Source of the DNA: a virus
Lineage: Duplodnaviria; Heunggongvirae; Uroviricota; Caudoviricetes
IMG/VR virus record: IMGVR_UViG_3300028992_000014
Strand: one strand, 5' to 3'
DNA: 14,495 nucleotides
Each line of letters opens with the position of its first letter. Position 1 is the first letter of the stretch. The notes beneath the pieces were generated by a model. It saw only the letters and a program-made list of their open reading frames with translations, made no database searches and was not told the origin of the DNA. The position numbers and the translations under genes are program-made. This document shows, one piece after another, positions 1 through 7,594 of this stretch.

Positions 1-1
1 T

Positions 2-169
2 CAGTCAGTGCGTGAAGCCACCACCGCCTCCGGCGTGGATAATGCAGCCTCCCCCCGACTGGCAGACACCGCTGAACGGGATTATTTCACCCTCCGGGAA
101 CGACTGGTAATGATGCAGGCCCAACTTGAAGGTGCTCAGCAATACATAACCGAGCAGTGTTTAAAGTAA
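2..169 (+). CDS. Rz: Rz-like i-spanin, 3' fragment (5' end lies outside the window)
   Basis: Frame 2 translates to ...ASPRLADTAERDYFTLRERLVMMQAQLEGAQQYITEQCLK*, closely resembling the C-terminus of lambda Rz; stop TAA at 167-169. Confidence 0.8.
   Translation, partial: QSVREATTASGVDNAASPRLADTAERDYFTLRERLVMMQAQLEGAQQYITEQCLK
3..110 (+). CDS. Rz1: Rz1-like o-spanin lipoprotein, 3' fragment, embedded in the +1 frame of Rz
   Basis: Frame 3 translates to SQCVKPPPPPAWIMQPPPDWQTPLNGIISPSGNDW*, the proline-rich signature of lambda Rz1, wholly inside the Rz reading frame; stop TAA at 108-110. Confidence 0.75.
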   Translation, partial: SQCVKPPPPPAWIMQPPPDWQTPLNGIISPSGNDW

Positions 170-306
170 AATCTTAACTACAATATGATTCATTTTGATG
201 ATTGTTTCATAAGGAACAGTGAAGTAAGATCTAAGAGGAGTTAAATTTTATACAGTATAATCATAATATTGCAGCAAGGTGGTTATAATTGAAAGAATAT
301 TTAGAT

Positions 307-1764
307 ATGAATACATCTCATGTAAGAGTTGTTACTCATATGTGTGGGTTCTTGGTTTGGCTCTATAGTCTTTCAATGTTGCCACCAATGGTTGTAGCAT
401 TGTTTTATAAAGAAAAAAGCCTGTTCGTTTTCTTTATAACTTTCGTTATATTTTTTTGCATTGGTGGCGGAGCGTGGTATACAACTAAGAAATCTGGCAT
501 TCAATTACGTACCCGTGATGGGTTTATTATAATTGTAATGTTTTGGATTTTGTTTTCTGTTATTAGTGCATTCCCTTTATGGATTGACTCAGAACTTAAT
601 TTAACGTTCATTGATGCTCTGTTTGAAGGGGTTTCTGGAATAACAACAACAGGAGCAACTGTAATTGATGATGTTAGTTCATTACCTCGGGCATATTTGT
701 ACTATCGGTCACAGTTAAATTTTATAGGTGGTTTAGGAGTTATTGTTCTGGCGGTTGCTGTATTGCCATTATTGGGTATTGGTGGTGCAAAGCTTTATCA
801 GTCAGAAATGCCGGGGCCATTTAAGGATGACAAACTCACTCCCCGCCTGGCCGATACGTCACGGACACTGTGGATAACTTATTCTTTATTAGGTATTGCT
901 TGTATTGTCTGTTATAGACTTGCAGGAATGCCTTTGTTTGATGCTATTTGTCACGGGATTTCCACAGTTTCGCTTGGTGGTTTCTCAACTCATAGCGAGA
1001 GTATCGGATATTTTAATAACTATTTGGTTGAGCTGGTGGCTGGTTCTTTTTCCCTGCTATCGGCTTTCAACTTCACTCTTTGGTATATTGTTATTAGCAG
1101 GAAAACGATAAAACCTTTAATCAGAGATATTGAACTTCGTTTCTTTCTGTTAATAGCCTTAGGGGTGATCATTGTTACCTCTTTCCAGGTCTGGCATATA
1201 GGTATGTATGACTTGCATGGAAGTTTTATTCATTCGTTTTTTCTTGCCAGCTCCATGCTCACTGATAATGGTTTAGCTACGCAGGATTATGCAAGTTGGC
1301 CCACGCACACGATAGTGTTTTTGCTGTTGTCAAGTTTCTTTGGGGGATGTATAGGTTCAACTTGTGGTGGAATTAAGTCACTTCGATTTCTTATACTTTT
1401 CAAACAAAGCAAACACGAGATAAATCAGCTTTCTCATCCCAGAGCGTTGTTGAGTGTAAATGTAGGAGGGAAGATAGTTACAGATCGTGTAATGAGGTCT
1501 GTATGGAGTTTCTTTTTTCTTTATACTCTCTTCACGGTGTTTTTTATACTGGTGTTAAATGGTATGGGATATGATTTTCTTACATCATTTGCAACAGTGG
1601 CTGCATGTATTAATAATATGGGATTAGGTTTTGGGGCTACTGCATCGTCATTCGGAGTGCTTAATGACATTGCAAAATGTTTAATGTGCATAGCTATGAT
1701 TCTTGGTCGCCTTGAAATTTATCCTGTTATTATATTGTTTTCAGGTTTTTTTTGGCGCTCCTAA
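307..1764 (+). CDS. trkG: Trk-system K+ uptake membrane protein TrkG (TrkH/TrkG family), carried as a prophage moron
   Basis: 485 aa from ATG 307 (MNTSHVRVVTHMCGF...), matching E. coli TrkG as I recall it; highly hydrophobic multi-helix protein with GxGG-type selectivity-filter-like segments (e.g. LGIGG). In-frame TTG at 289 preceded by AAGGTGG is an alternative start. Markedly AT-rich relative to the rest of the window. Confidence 0.9.
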   Translation: MNTSHVRVVTHMCGFLVWLYSLSMLPPMVVALFYKEKSLFVFFITFVIFFCIGGGAWYTTKKSGIQLRTRDGFIIIVMFWILFSVISAFPLWIDSELNLTFIDALFEGVSGITTTGATVIDDVSSLPRAYLYYRSQLNFIGGLGVIVLAVAVLPLLGIGGAKLYQSEMPGPFKDDKLTPRLADTSRTLWITYSLLGIACIVCYRLAGMPLFDAICHGISTVSLGGFSTHSESIGYFNNYLVELVAGSFSLLSAFNFTLWYIVISRKTIKPLIRDIELRFFLLIALGVIIVTSFQVWHIGMYDLHGSFIHSFFLASSMLTDNGLATQDYASWPTHTIVFLLLSSFFGGCIGSTCGGIKSLRFLILFKQSKHEINQLSHPRALLSVNVGGKIVTDRVMRSVWSFFFLYTLFTVFFILVLNGMGYDFLTSFATVAACINNMGLGFGATASSFGVLNDIAKCLMCIAMILGRLEIYPVIILFSGFFWRS

Positions 1765-1850
1765 TATATGGCTGATTTATAATTGTGAGTTTAATATTAT
1801 GTTGACTCACTCATTGATCCAATACCTAACTTTACCAGCAACACCTCCGT

Positions 1851-1886
1851 CCCCAGTAGCACTGGCTGCTGGGGTGCGTTTTATTC
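1851..1886 (+). terminator. Candidate rho-independent terminator downstream of trkG
   Basis: 10-bp stem ccccagtagc / gctgctgggg (one G.U wobble) with 4-nt loop actg, followed by tgcgTTTTaTT. Confidence 0.5.
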
Positions 1887-1901
1887 ATAAAGCAAGGCTG
1901 T

Positions 1902-2693
1902 ATGAGCGAGAAATTAAAGATAGTCTATCGCCCATTACAAGAATTGTCACCGTATGCGCACAACGCCAGGACGCACAGTACTGAGCAGGTGGCACAACTG
2001 GTAGAAAGTATTAAGCAATTCGGCTGGACTAATCCGGTGCTGATTGACGAAAAGGGCGAAATTATTGCGGGTCACGGTCGTGTTATGGCGGCTGAAATGC
2101 TCAAAATGGATTCTGTTCCGGTCATTGTTCTGTCTGGCCTGACGGATGAGCAGAAAAAGGCGTACCGCCTGGCAGATAATCGCCTGCCGATGAATGCTGG
2201 CTGGGATGAAGATCTGTTGCGGATGGAGCTGTCGGACCTAATCAATGCTGATTTTGATGTCTCCCTGACAGGCTTCATCCCGACAGAAATTGATGAACTG
2301 TTGACGGATGTTTTGCCCGGTACAGGAAATGAGGAGGAGCCGTATACGACGAAAATTGATACGCCTGTTTATGAGCCGTCGGGCGGTAAACCGGATATCA
2401 GTGAACTGTACGACGATACGAAAACTCAGGAGCTGATCAGCCGGATACGTTCGGCGTCCCTTGAGCCTGATATTGAGAAATTCCTCCTGTGTGCGGCAGA
2501 ACGTCACACGGTGTTTAATTTCAGCAGAATTGCGGACTATTACGCTCACGCCCCCTCTGAAATTCAGTGTTTTTTCGAGGAGTCGGCGCTGGTGATCATT
2601 GATTATCAGCAGGCTATTGAAAATGGATTTGTCCGGATGACGCAGCGCATGGTGGAGATCATGCATGGTGGTGAGGAGGAGGAATATGCGTGA
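1902..2693 (+). CDS. ParB/Srx-like N-terminal domain protein (ParB-like nuclease domain protein), acidic C-terminus
   Basis: N-terminal IVYRPLQELSPYAHNARTH...NPVLIDEKGEIIAGHGRVMAA has the ParB N-domain pattern, including a GxGR arginine motif equivalent to ParB box II; AAGG lies 4 nt upstream of ATG 1902; C-terminal half is acidic and ends GGEEEEYA. Confidence 0.8.
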   Translation: MSEKLKIVYRPLQELSPYAHNARTHSTEQVAQLVESIKQFGWTNPVLIDEKGEIIAGHGRVMAAEMLKMDSVPVIVLSGLTDEQKKAYRLADNRLPMNAGWDEDLLRMELSDLINADFDVSLTGFIPTEIDELLTDVLPGTGNEEEPYTTKIDTPVYEPSGGKPDISELYDDTKTQELISRIRSASLEPDIEKFLLCAAERHTVFNFSRIADYYAHAPSEIQCFFEESALVIIDYQQAIENGFVRMTQRMVEIMHGGEEEEYA

Positions 2694-3618
2694 TGATTTT
2701 TGCGCCTTTATTCTGACTCACGGGCGACCGGACAAAGTTCTGACTTACCGGACGTTGCGTCGTGCTGGCTATACCGGGAAAATTTTTATCGTTGTTGATG
2801 ATGAAGATAAGACACGGCATCAGTACATGGCTGAATTTGGTGAACAGGTGCTGGTGTTTTCCAAAGCCGATATCGCCAGTCGTTTTGACGAAGCCGATAA
2901 TTTCTGTGACCGCCGCTCAATTTTTTACGCCCGTAATGCCTGTTTCGACCTGGCAAAACTGGTCGGGTGTAAATACTTCATTCAGCTCGATGATGATTAT
3001 CACGAGTTCCAGTTTCGGGTGGATCGCAACTATGACCAGGCCTATTTTCCGATAAGGAAACTGGATGCGATCCTTTCTGAAATGCTGGCGTACTACGAAT
3101 CAATACCTGCTCTTTCCATCGCTATGTCGCAGGGCGGGGATTTTCTTGGTGACAATGGCGGCCATGCTTCGTGGGTGAAACGCAAGGCAATGAACAGCTT
3201 TATCTGTTCGGTTGATCGACCGTTCTCATTCATGGGGCGCATTAACGAGGATGTGAATACGTACACGAATCTCGGTCGCTGTGGTGAATTGTTTATGACG
3301 ATCGGTGCTGTCCAGTTAGGGCAGAAACAGACGCAGAAAAACAGCGGCGGAATGACCGAGCTGTATCTGGATTCCGGAACCTACGTTAAAAGTTTTTACT
3401 CCGTCATGTATGCGCCGTCGTGCGTAAAAATCTCACTGATGGGTGCCAGCCATAAACGCATTCACCATCAGGTCACCTGGAACAACGCTGCAGTAAAAAT
3501 CCTTCACGAAAAATACAGGAAGAAGACACCCTGCATATCAATGGGGGTGACAAATGATTCCGTATTCGAAAGTCGAGTCTCTGGCAGCGTGCCGGATGAC
3601 TGCACAACAAATCGCTGA
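2686..3618 (+). CDS. Uncharacterised protein, translationally coupled to the ParB-like gene; motif-level resemblance to DxD-type (GT-A-like) nucleotide-sugar transferases
   Basis: ATG 2686 is preceded by GAGGAGGAGG and overlaps the upstream stop (ATGCGTGA); in-frame ATG 2665 is an alternative start. N-terminal alternation FILTHGRPDK ... KIFIVVDDEDK ... YFIQLDDDYHE resembles the strand / DD / DxD layout of GT-A folds. Functional call is inference only. Confidence 0.6.
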   Translation: MRDDFCAFILTHGRPDKVLTYRTLRRAGYTGKIFIVVDDEDKTRHQYMAEFGEQVLVFSKADIASRFDEADNFCDRRSIFYARNACFDLAKLVGCKYFIQLDDDYHEFQFRVDRNYDQAYFPIRKLDAILSEMLAYYESIPALSIAMSQGGDFLGDNGGHASWVKRKAMNSFICSVDRPFSFMGRINEDVNTYTNLGRCGELFMTIGAVQLGQKQTQKNSGGMTELYLDSGTYVKSFYSVMYAPSCVKISLMGASHKRIHHQVTWNNAAVKILHEKYRKKTPCISMGVTNDSVFESRVSGSVPDDCTTNR

Positions 3619-3805
3619 CGTTCTGGATGTTGATCTGAACCGACTGAAAGAAAATCGGGAAGCAATGACAGATTTTTATGCGGCCATCCGTAAGGGCAGA
3701 GCGAAAGGTGAAGCCGAGTTACGAGCGGCATTGTTTAAGCTTGCCAGAAAAGGGGATGCCTTTGCTCTGCGCGAACTACTCAGGGTGGATAAAAATCAGG
3801 ACTAA
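3554..3805 (+). CDS. Small helix-turn-helix DNA-binding protein, possibly packaging-associated
   Basis: 83-aa ORF; GGGGTGA 5 nt upstream of ATG 3554; segment MTAQQIADVLDVDLNRLKENRE looks HTH-like; overlaps the 3' end of the upstream gene by 65 nt; sits immediately 5' of TerS. Alternative start ATG 3596. Confidence 0.5.
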   Translation: MIPYSKVESLAACRMTAQQIADVLDVDLNRLKENREAMTDFYAAIRKGRAKGEAELRAALFKLARKGDAFALRELLRVDKNQD

Positions 3806-3808
3806 CTG

Positions 3809-4903
3809 ATGAGCAGACCGGACTGGGGGGCGTTGCAGCAGGAGTATATTGCTGAATACACCCGCTCCGGTATATCTCCGGTGGCATGGTGTGAAGCAAG
3901 GGGACTGAATTACGCAACAGCCCGTCGTTACATCAAAAAAACTCCGAAAAATGCGCAGACAGAAATGTGCAAAACTGCGCAAAAAAGTGCGCAGAAAAAA
4001 TCTGCGCAGACTGCACAAAAGCGGAACGAAAAATCTCAGGAAAAAAAGCCAGTATTCGATGCGGGCCTGAATGAGGGCGACGCGGAGGAATTTTCGTTCT
4101 GTCCCGATGAATTCGGCATTTCTGACCAGCAGGCTAAGTTTGCGATGCTTGTTGCTCAGGGTAAAAAGCCGACAGAGGCGTACCGACTAGCCGGTTATGA
4201 GGGGCAAGGTGCGACAGCTAACAGCAACGCCAGTCGTATGCTTAGAAATGCCAGGGTTTTTCGCGCTATCAGCTACTTCCGCAATCAGTACCAGAAACGC
4301 TATACCGCAGACCTGGATTTACTAGTGAGTCAGTTGATGGCTATTGTCCTGGCCGACCCCAATCAGCTTGCACAATTTCGCCGTGTTAACTGCCGTTATT
4401 GCTGGGGCGAGAATCATCTCTACCAGTGGCGCGATATAGCAGAATTCGACAAGGCAGCGGCGCAGGCTTCCAGAGATGGCAAACCCGAACCGGAATATGG
4501 AGGCCTCGGCTTTGTTGATAACGCCATACCCAATCCGGACTGCCCGAAGTGCTGCGGTGAGGGAACGGGACAGCTTTATATGGCTGATACCACTCTGCTT
4601 GATGGGGATGCGCGGCAATTATATGCAGGGGCAAAATTCGGAAAATTCGGCGTTGAGATCCTGCTGGAGGATAAGGCTGCCGCCCGGCGTGAATTGTTGC
4701 GTTTGTTTTCTGCTGGCGGGGCTTTATGTGCAGATAAGCGGCTACAGGAACTGGAAATTGAACGGCGCAGAATGGAAAACCAGAAGCTGCGCAAAGAGAT
4801 CGAAACGGTGGAAGATAATGAACATCCCCAGCCTGTGGCGATCAATATTAATGTGGTTGATGCCAGAGTAAGGAGTGATGAAGATGATCTCTCCGACGCT
4901 TAA
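3809..4903 (+). CDS. Terminase small subunit (Terminase_2 / P27-family-like core) with N-terminal HTH, low-complexity linker and C-terminal Cys cluster
   Basis: Core ISDQQAKFAMLVAQGKKPTEAYRLAGYEGQGATANSNASRMLRNARV fits the conserved TerS pattern (KQxxF...AGY...A..R.L.N..V) as I recall it; lies directly upstream of TerL; C-terminus has CRYC ... CPKCC. Confidence 0.85.
   Translation: MSRPDWGALQQEYIAEYTRSGISPVAWCEARGLNYATARRYIKKTPKNAQTEMCKTAQKSAQKKSAQTAQKRNEKSQEKKPVFDAGLNEGDAEEFSFCPDEFGISDQQAKFAMLVAQGKKPTEAYRLAGYEGQGATANSNASRMLRNARVFRAISYFRNQYQKRYTADLDLLVSQLMAIVLADPNQLAQFRRVNCRYCWGENHLYQWRDIAEFDKAAAQASRDGKPEPEYGGLGFVDNAIPNPDCPKCCGEGTGQLYMADTTLLDGDARQLYAGAKFGKFGVEILLEDKAAARRELLRLFSAGGALCADKRLQELEIERRRMENQKLRKEIETVEDNEHPQPVAININVVDARVRSDEDDLSDA
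3952..4020 (+). repeat. Cluster of palindromic TGCGCA hexamers (4 exact, 2 variant) at roughly 12-bp spacing inside the TerS gene; candidate pac / terminase recognition site
   Basis: TGCGCA at 3952, 3976, 3988 and 4003; TGTGCA at 3966; TGCACA at 4012. The same DNA encodes the low-complexity peptide KNAQTEMCKTAQKSAQKKSAQTAQK. Confidence 0.5.
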
Positions 4904-6185
4904 TGTGCCTCAGGCGCGATTTCTTTCAATGCCCCATAAATTTAAAGCCTATATTGCTGGTTTTGGCTCGGGCAAAACATGGGTTGGGTGTGGCGGCATA
5001 TGCAAGGGGATTTGGGAGCATCCAGGTATAAATCAGGGATATTTTGCGCCAACGTATCCCCAAATTCGCGATATTTTTTACCCTACAGTGGAAGAAGTTG
5101 CTGCTGACTGGGGATTGAACGTAAAAATTAATGAGGGAAATAAAGAGGTTCACTTTTATTACGGACGCCAGTATCGGGGAACCACTATCTGCAGATCGAT
5201 GGAGAAGCCACAAACGATCGTCGGTTTCAAAATTGGTAATGCGTTGGTGGATGAACTGGACATTTTGCCGAAGGAAAAAGCCAGAACGGCGTGGCGCAAG
5301 ATAATTGCACGTATGCGTTATAAGATTGATGGACTTCGCAACGGTATTGACGTTACAACCACGCCGGAAGGATTCAAATTTGTCTACGAGCAGTTTGTTA
5401 AAGCCGTGCGTGAAAAAACAGAGCTGGCCTCACTGTATGGTCTGGTGCAGGCATCTACTTTCGATAATGAAAAGAACCTGCCAGCAGATTACATTCCTTC
5501 GCTTCTTGAATCATACCCTCCAGAGCTGATTAAAGCCTATCTTCGAGGACAGTTTACTAACCTGACAAGTGGTACTGTTTACCATCAGTTTGACCGGAAA
5601 CTGAATAATTGCGAAGAAGTGGAGCAGCCAGGGGAGCCGATTTATATTGGGATGGATTTTAACGTTGGAAAGATGGCGGGAATCGTCCATGTGCTGCGTT
5701 TGGGGCTTCCATGTGCGGTAACTGAAATCATCAATGCCTACGATACGCCGGATATGATCCGCATCATTAAAGAACGCTTCTGGCTGTATGATGGGAATGA
5801 TTACCGGAAAGTGAGGGAAATTTATATTTATCCAGATGCTTCCGGGGATTCCAGAAAATCAAGTAACGCAAGTACGACGGATATAGCCCAGCTTAAGCAG
5901 GCTGGTTTTAACGTTGTGGTGAACAGCTCGAACCCGCCAGTAAAAGATCGCGTTAACTCAATGAATGCAATGTTCTGCAATGCCAATGGTGAGCGTCGCT
6001 ATAAAGTTAATGTGAAGCGTTGCCCGTTATATGCCGAATCTCTGGAGCAACAGGTCTGGGATGAGAAGGGGGAGCCTGATAAAAAATCTGGCAATGATCA
6101 CCCGAATGATGCCGGAGGTTATTTCATCGTTAAGCAATTCCCTATTGTCAAACCGACCGGAAGAGTCACATCACTTCGGATTTAA
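4884..6185 (+). CDS. Terminase large subunit (ATPase/nuclease)
   Basis: Walker A-like AGFGSGKT near the N-terminus; ~430 aa; acidic nuclease-like C-terminal half; AGGAG 8 nt upstream of ATG 4884 (in-frame GTG 4875 and ATG 4878 also possible); directly follows TerS. Confidence 0.9.
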   Translation: MISPTLNVPQARFLSMPHKFKAYIAGFGSGKTWVGCGGICKGIWEHPGINQGYFAPTYPQIRDIFYPTVEEVAADWGLNVKINEGNKEVHFYYGRQYRGTTICRSMEKPQTIVGFKIGNALVDELDILPKEKARTAWRKIIARMRYKIDGLRNGIDVTTTPEGFKFVYEQFVKAVREKTELASLYGLVQASTFDNEKNLPADYIPSLLESYPPELIKAYLRGQFTNLTSGTVYHQFDRKLNNCEEVEQPGEPIYIGMDFNVGKMAGIVHVLRLGLPCAVTEIINAYDTPDMIRIIKERFWLYDGNDYRKVREIYIYPDASGDSRKSSNASTTDIAQLKQAGFNVVVNSSNPPVKDRVNSMNAMFCNANGERRYKVNVKRCPLYAESLEQQVWDEKGEPDKKSGNDHPNDAGGYFIVKQFPIVKPTGRVTSLRI

Positions 6186-6187
6186 TT

Positions 6188-7594
6188 ATGGCTGATATAT
6201 CAACACCCAACCTCGACTATAACGATATGCTGGAGGCGTGGGATATTAACGACGCACTGATGGGCGGTACGCTTGAAATGCGCAGGCAGGGGGAAAATTA
6301 TCTCCCAAAATGGCCTAACGAAGATGAAGACGCTTATAAAAAACGCCTGTCTGTGGCTACGCTACTTCCTGTGTATGAAGAAAGCATCAAGCAAAATATT
6401 GGGCGCATATTTGCAGAGCCGACAGTATTGAGTGAGGAAACGCCGGCAAAAATCAGGGAATATGCAGAAAATATCGACATGGAGGGGAGCCGACTGGATG
6501 TGTGGGCGCAGCAATTTTTCAGCCTCGCATTTCAGTATGGTGTGGCACATGCGCTGGTGGACTATCCACGAACGGATATGAAAGAGATTCGGACAAAAGC
6601 CGATGAAAACGCGACCGGTGGTCGTCCGTACGTTACGATGCTGAATCCACGCCAGGTTATTGGATGGAAATCGAAAGTTGAAAAAGGGAAAGTTGTTCTC
6701 ACTGATTTGCGTATAAAAGAGGTCATCATTATTGATGGTGATGATTTCGGGCAGAAGAAGGTGGAGCAGATCCGCCATATTATGCCCCGTCGAGTTGAAA
6801 TTTATCGACGTAGCGAAGGCACTAATGGCGAATCTGTCTGGACGCTTCATGAGTCATGGAATACCAGCCGTGATGATATTCCTCTGGTAACACTGTACAC
6901 GAAGAAAACAGGATTTATGCGTGGTACACCGCCATTGCTTAATCTTGGCTTGCTGAATATCAAGCACTGGCAAAGCCAGAGCGAGCAGGACAATATTCTT
7001 CATGTTGCCCGCGTTCCATTGCTGGTGGCCTACGGGCTGGACAGGAATGAAGAACTGACGGTTGGTGCATCCACCGCTACGATTTTTGAGGACAGAACAA
7101 AAAATGGCCTCGAATATGTTGAACATAGTGGCGCAGCGATAGAATCTGGCGAAACATCACTTGAGAAGCTGGAAAATCAGATGCGTCATGCCGGCGCTAA
7201 ACTTCTGCGTGCTGAAAATACATCCACCAAATCTGTTGATCAGACTAATGAAGAGCGAATGCAGGAAAACTCGCCGCTTTATACAATGGCGAACTCCCTC
7301 GAAGATGCCCTCGATAATATTCTCCAGATAATGGCGGAATGGATCGGAGAGAGTTGCGGTGGCAATGTGGATGTGCGCACTGAACTGGATGTATCTGCCC
7401 AGGTGTTTGACTCATCCTCCGCGCTGGCTGTTCAGTCATTGCGTCAGGGCGGTGATATACGTCAGATTGATGCGGTTCGGGTGTTGCAGGCGTTGAAATT
7501 TATCGATCAGGATTCCCGTCCAGAGGAAGTGATCGATGAATTAAAAAATCAGAGTGTAATGCTGATGGAAATCAATGATGCAAACCGTGAATGA
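6188..7594 (+). CDS. Portal protein
   Basis: 468-aa ORF starting 3 nt after the TerL stop; size and position (terminase then portal then head morphogenesis) are canonical; call rests on synteny rather than a specific motif. Confidence 0.75.
   Translation: MADISTPNLDYNDMLEAWDINDALMGGTLEMRRQGENYLPKWPNEDEDAYKKRLSVATLLPVYEESIKQNIGRIFAEPTVLSEETPAKIREYAENIDMEGSRLDVWAQQFFSLAFQYGVAHALVDYPRTDMKEIRTKADENATGGRPYVTMLNPRQVIGWKSKVEKGKVVLTDLRIKEVIIIDGDDFGQKKVEQIRHIMPRRVEIYRRSEGTNGESVWTLHESWNTSRDDIPLVTLYTKKTGFMRGTPPLLNLGLLNIKHWQSQSEQDNILHVARVPLLVAYGLDRNEELTVGASTATIFEDRTKNGLEYVEHSGAAIESGETSLEKLENQMRHAGAKLLRAENTSTKSVDQTNEERMQENSPLYTMANSLEDALDNILQIMAEWIGESCGGNVDVRTELDVSAQVFDSSSALAVQSLRQGGDIRQIDAVRVLQALKFIDQDSRPEEVIDELKNQSVMLMEINDANRE

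Noticed and set aside
240-290. Sigma70 promoter for trkG (TATAAT at 256-261 and 284-289)
   Set aside because: No acceptable -35 hexamer at 16-18 bp spacing for either -10 candidate; kept as a hypothesis in the findings rather than annotated as a feature.
896-1111. Alternative-frame + strand ORFs nested in real genes (896..1111, 2762..3055, 4476..4871, 5305..5529, 8841..9131, 9186..9416, 9929..10240, 11902..12189)
   Set aside because: Each lies wholly inside a longer + strand gene with better start context and recognisable product; no independent RBS seen.
1703-1984. 93-aa + strand ORF spanning the trkG 3' end, the terminator hairpin and the ParB-like start
   Set aside because: Overlaps two better-supported genes and runs through the predicted terminator; most likely a chance open frame in the intergenic region.
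2072-2666. Minus-strand ORFs 2072..2278 and 2238..2666 (68 and 142 aa) inside the ParB-like gene
   Set aside because: Entirely antisense to a well-supported + strand gene, no RBS, and Arg/Ser-rich composition typical of shadow ORFs. The same reasoning applies to every other minus-strand ORF in the track (3504-3731, 3776-4018, 4322-4634, 4576-4845, 4926-5213, 6362-7126, 7245-7439, 8007-8314, 8407-8953, 9248-9610, 12650-12901, 13411-13602, 13852-14118).
3952-4020. Possibility that the TGCGCA repeat cluster is a CRISPR array or a mobile-element terminal repeat
   Set aside because: Units are only about 12 bp with no spacer structure, lie inside a coding frame, and encode a low-complexity peptide; a protein-binding repeat or pac site fits better.
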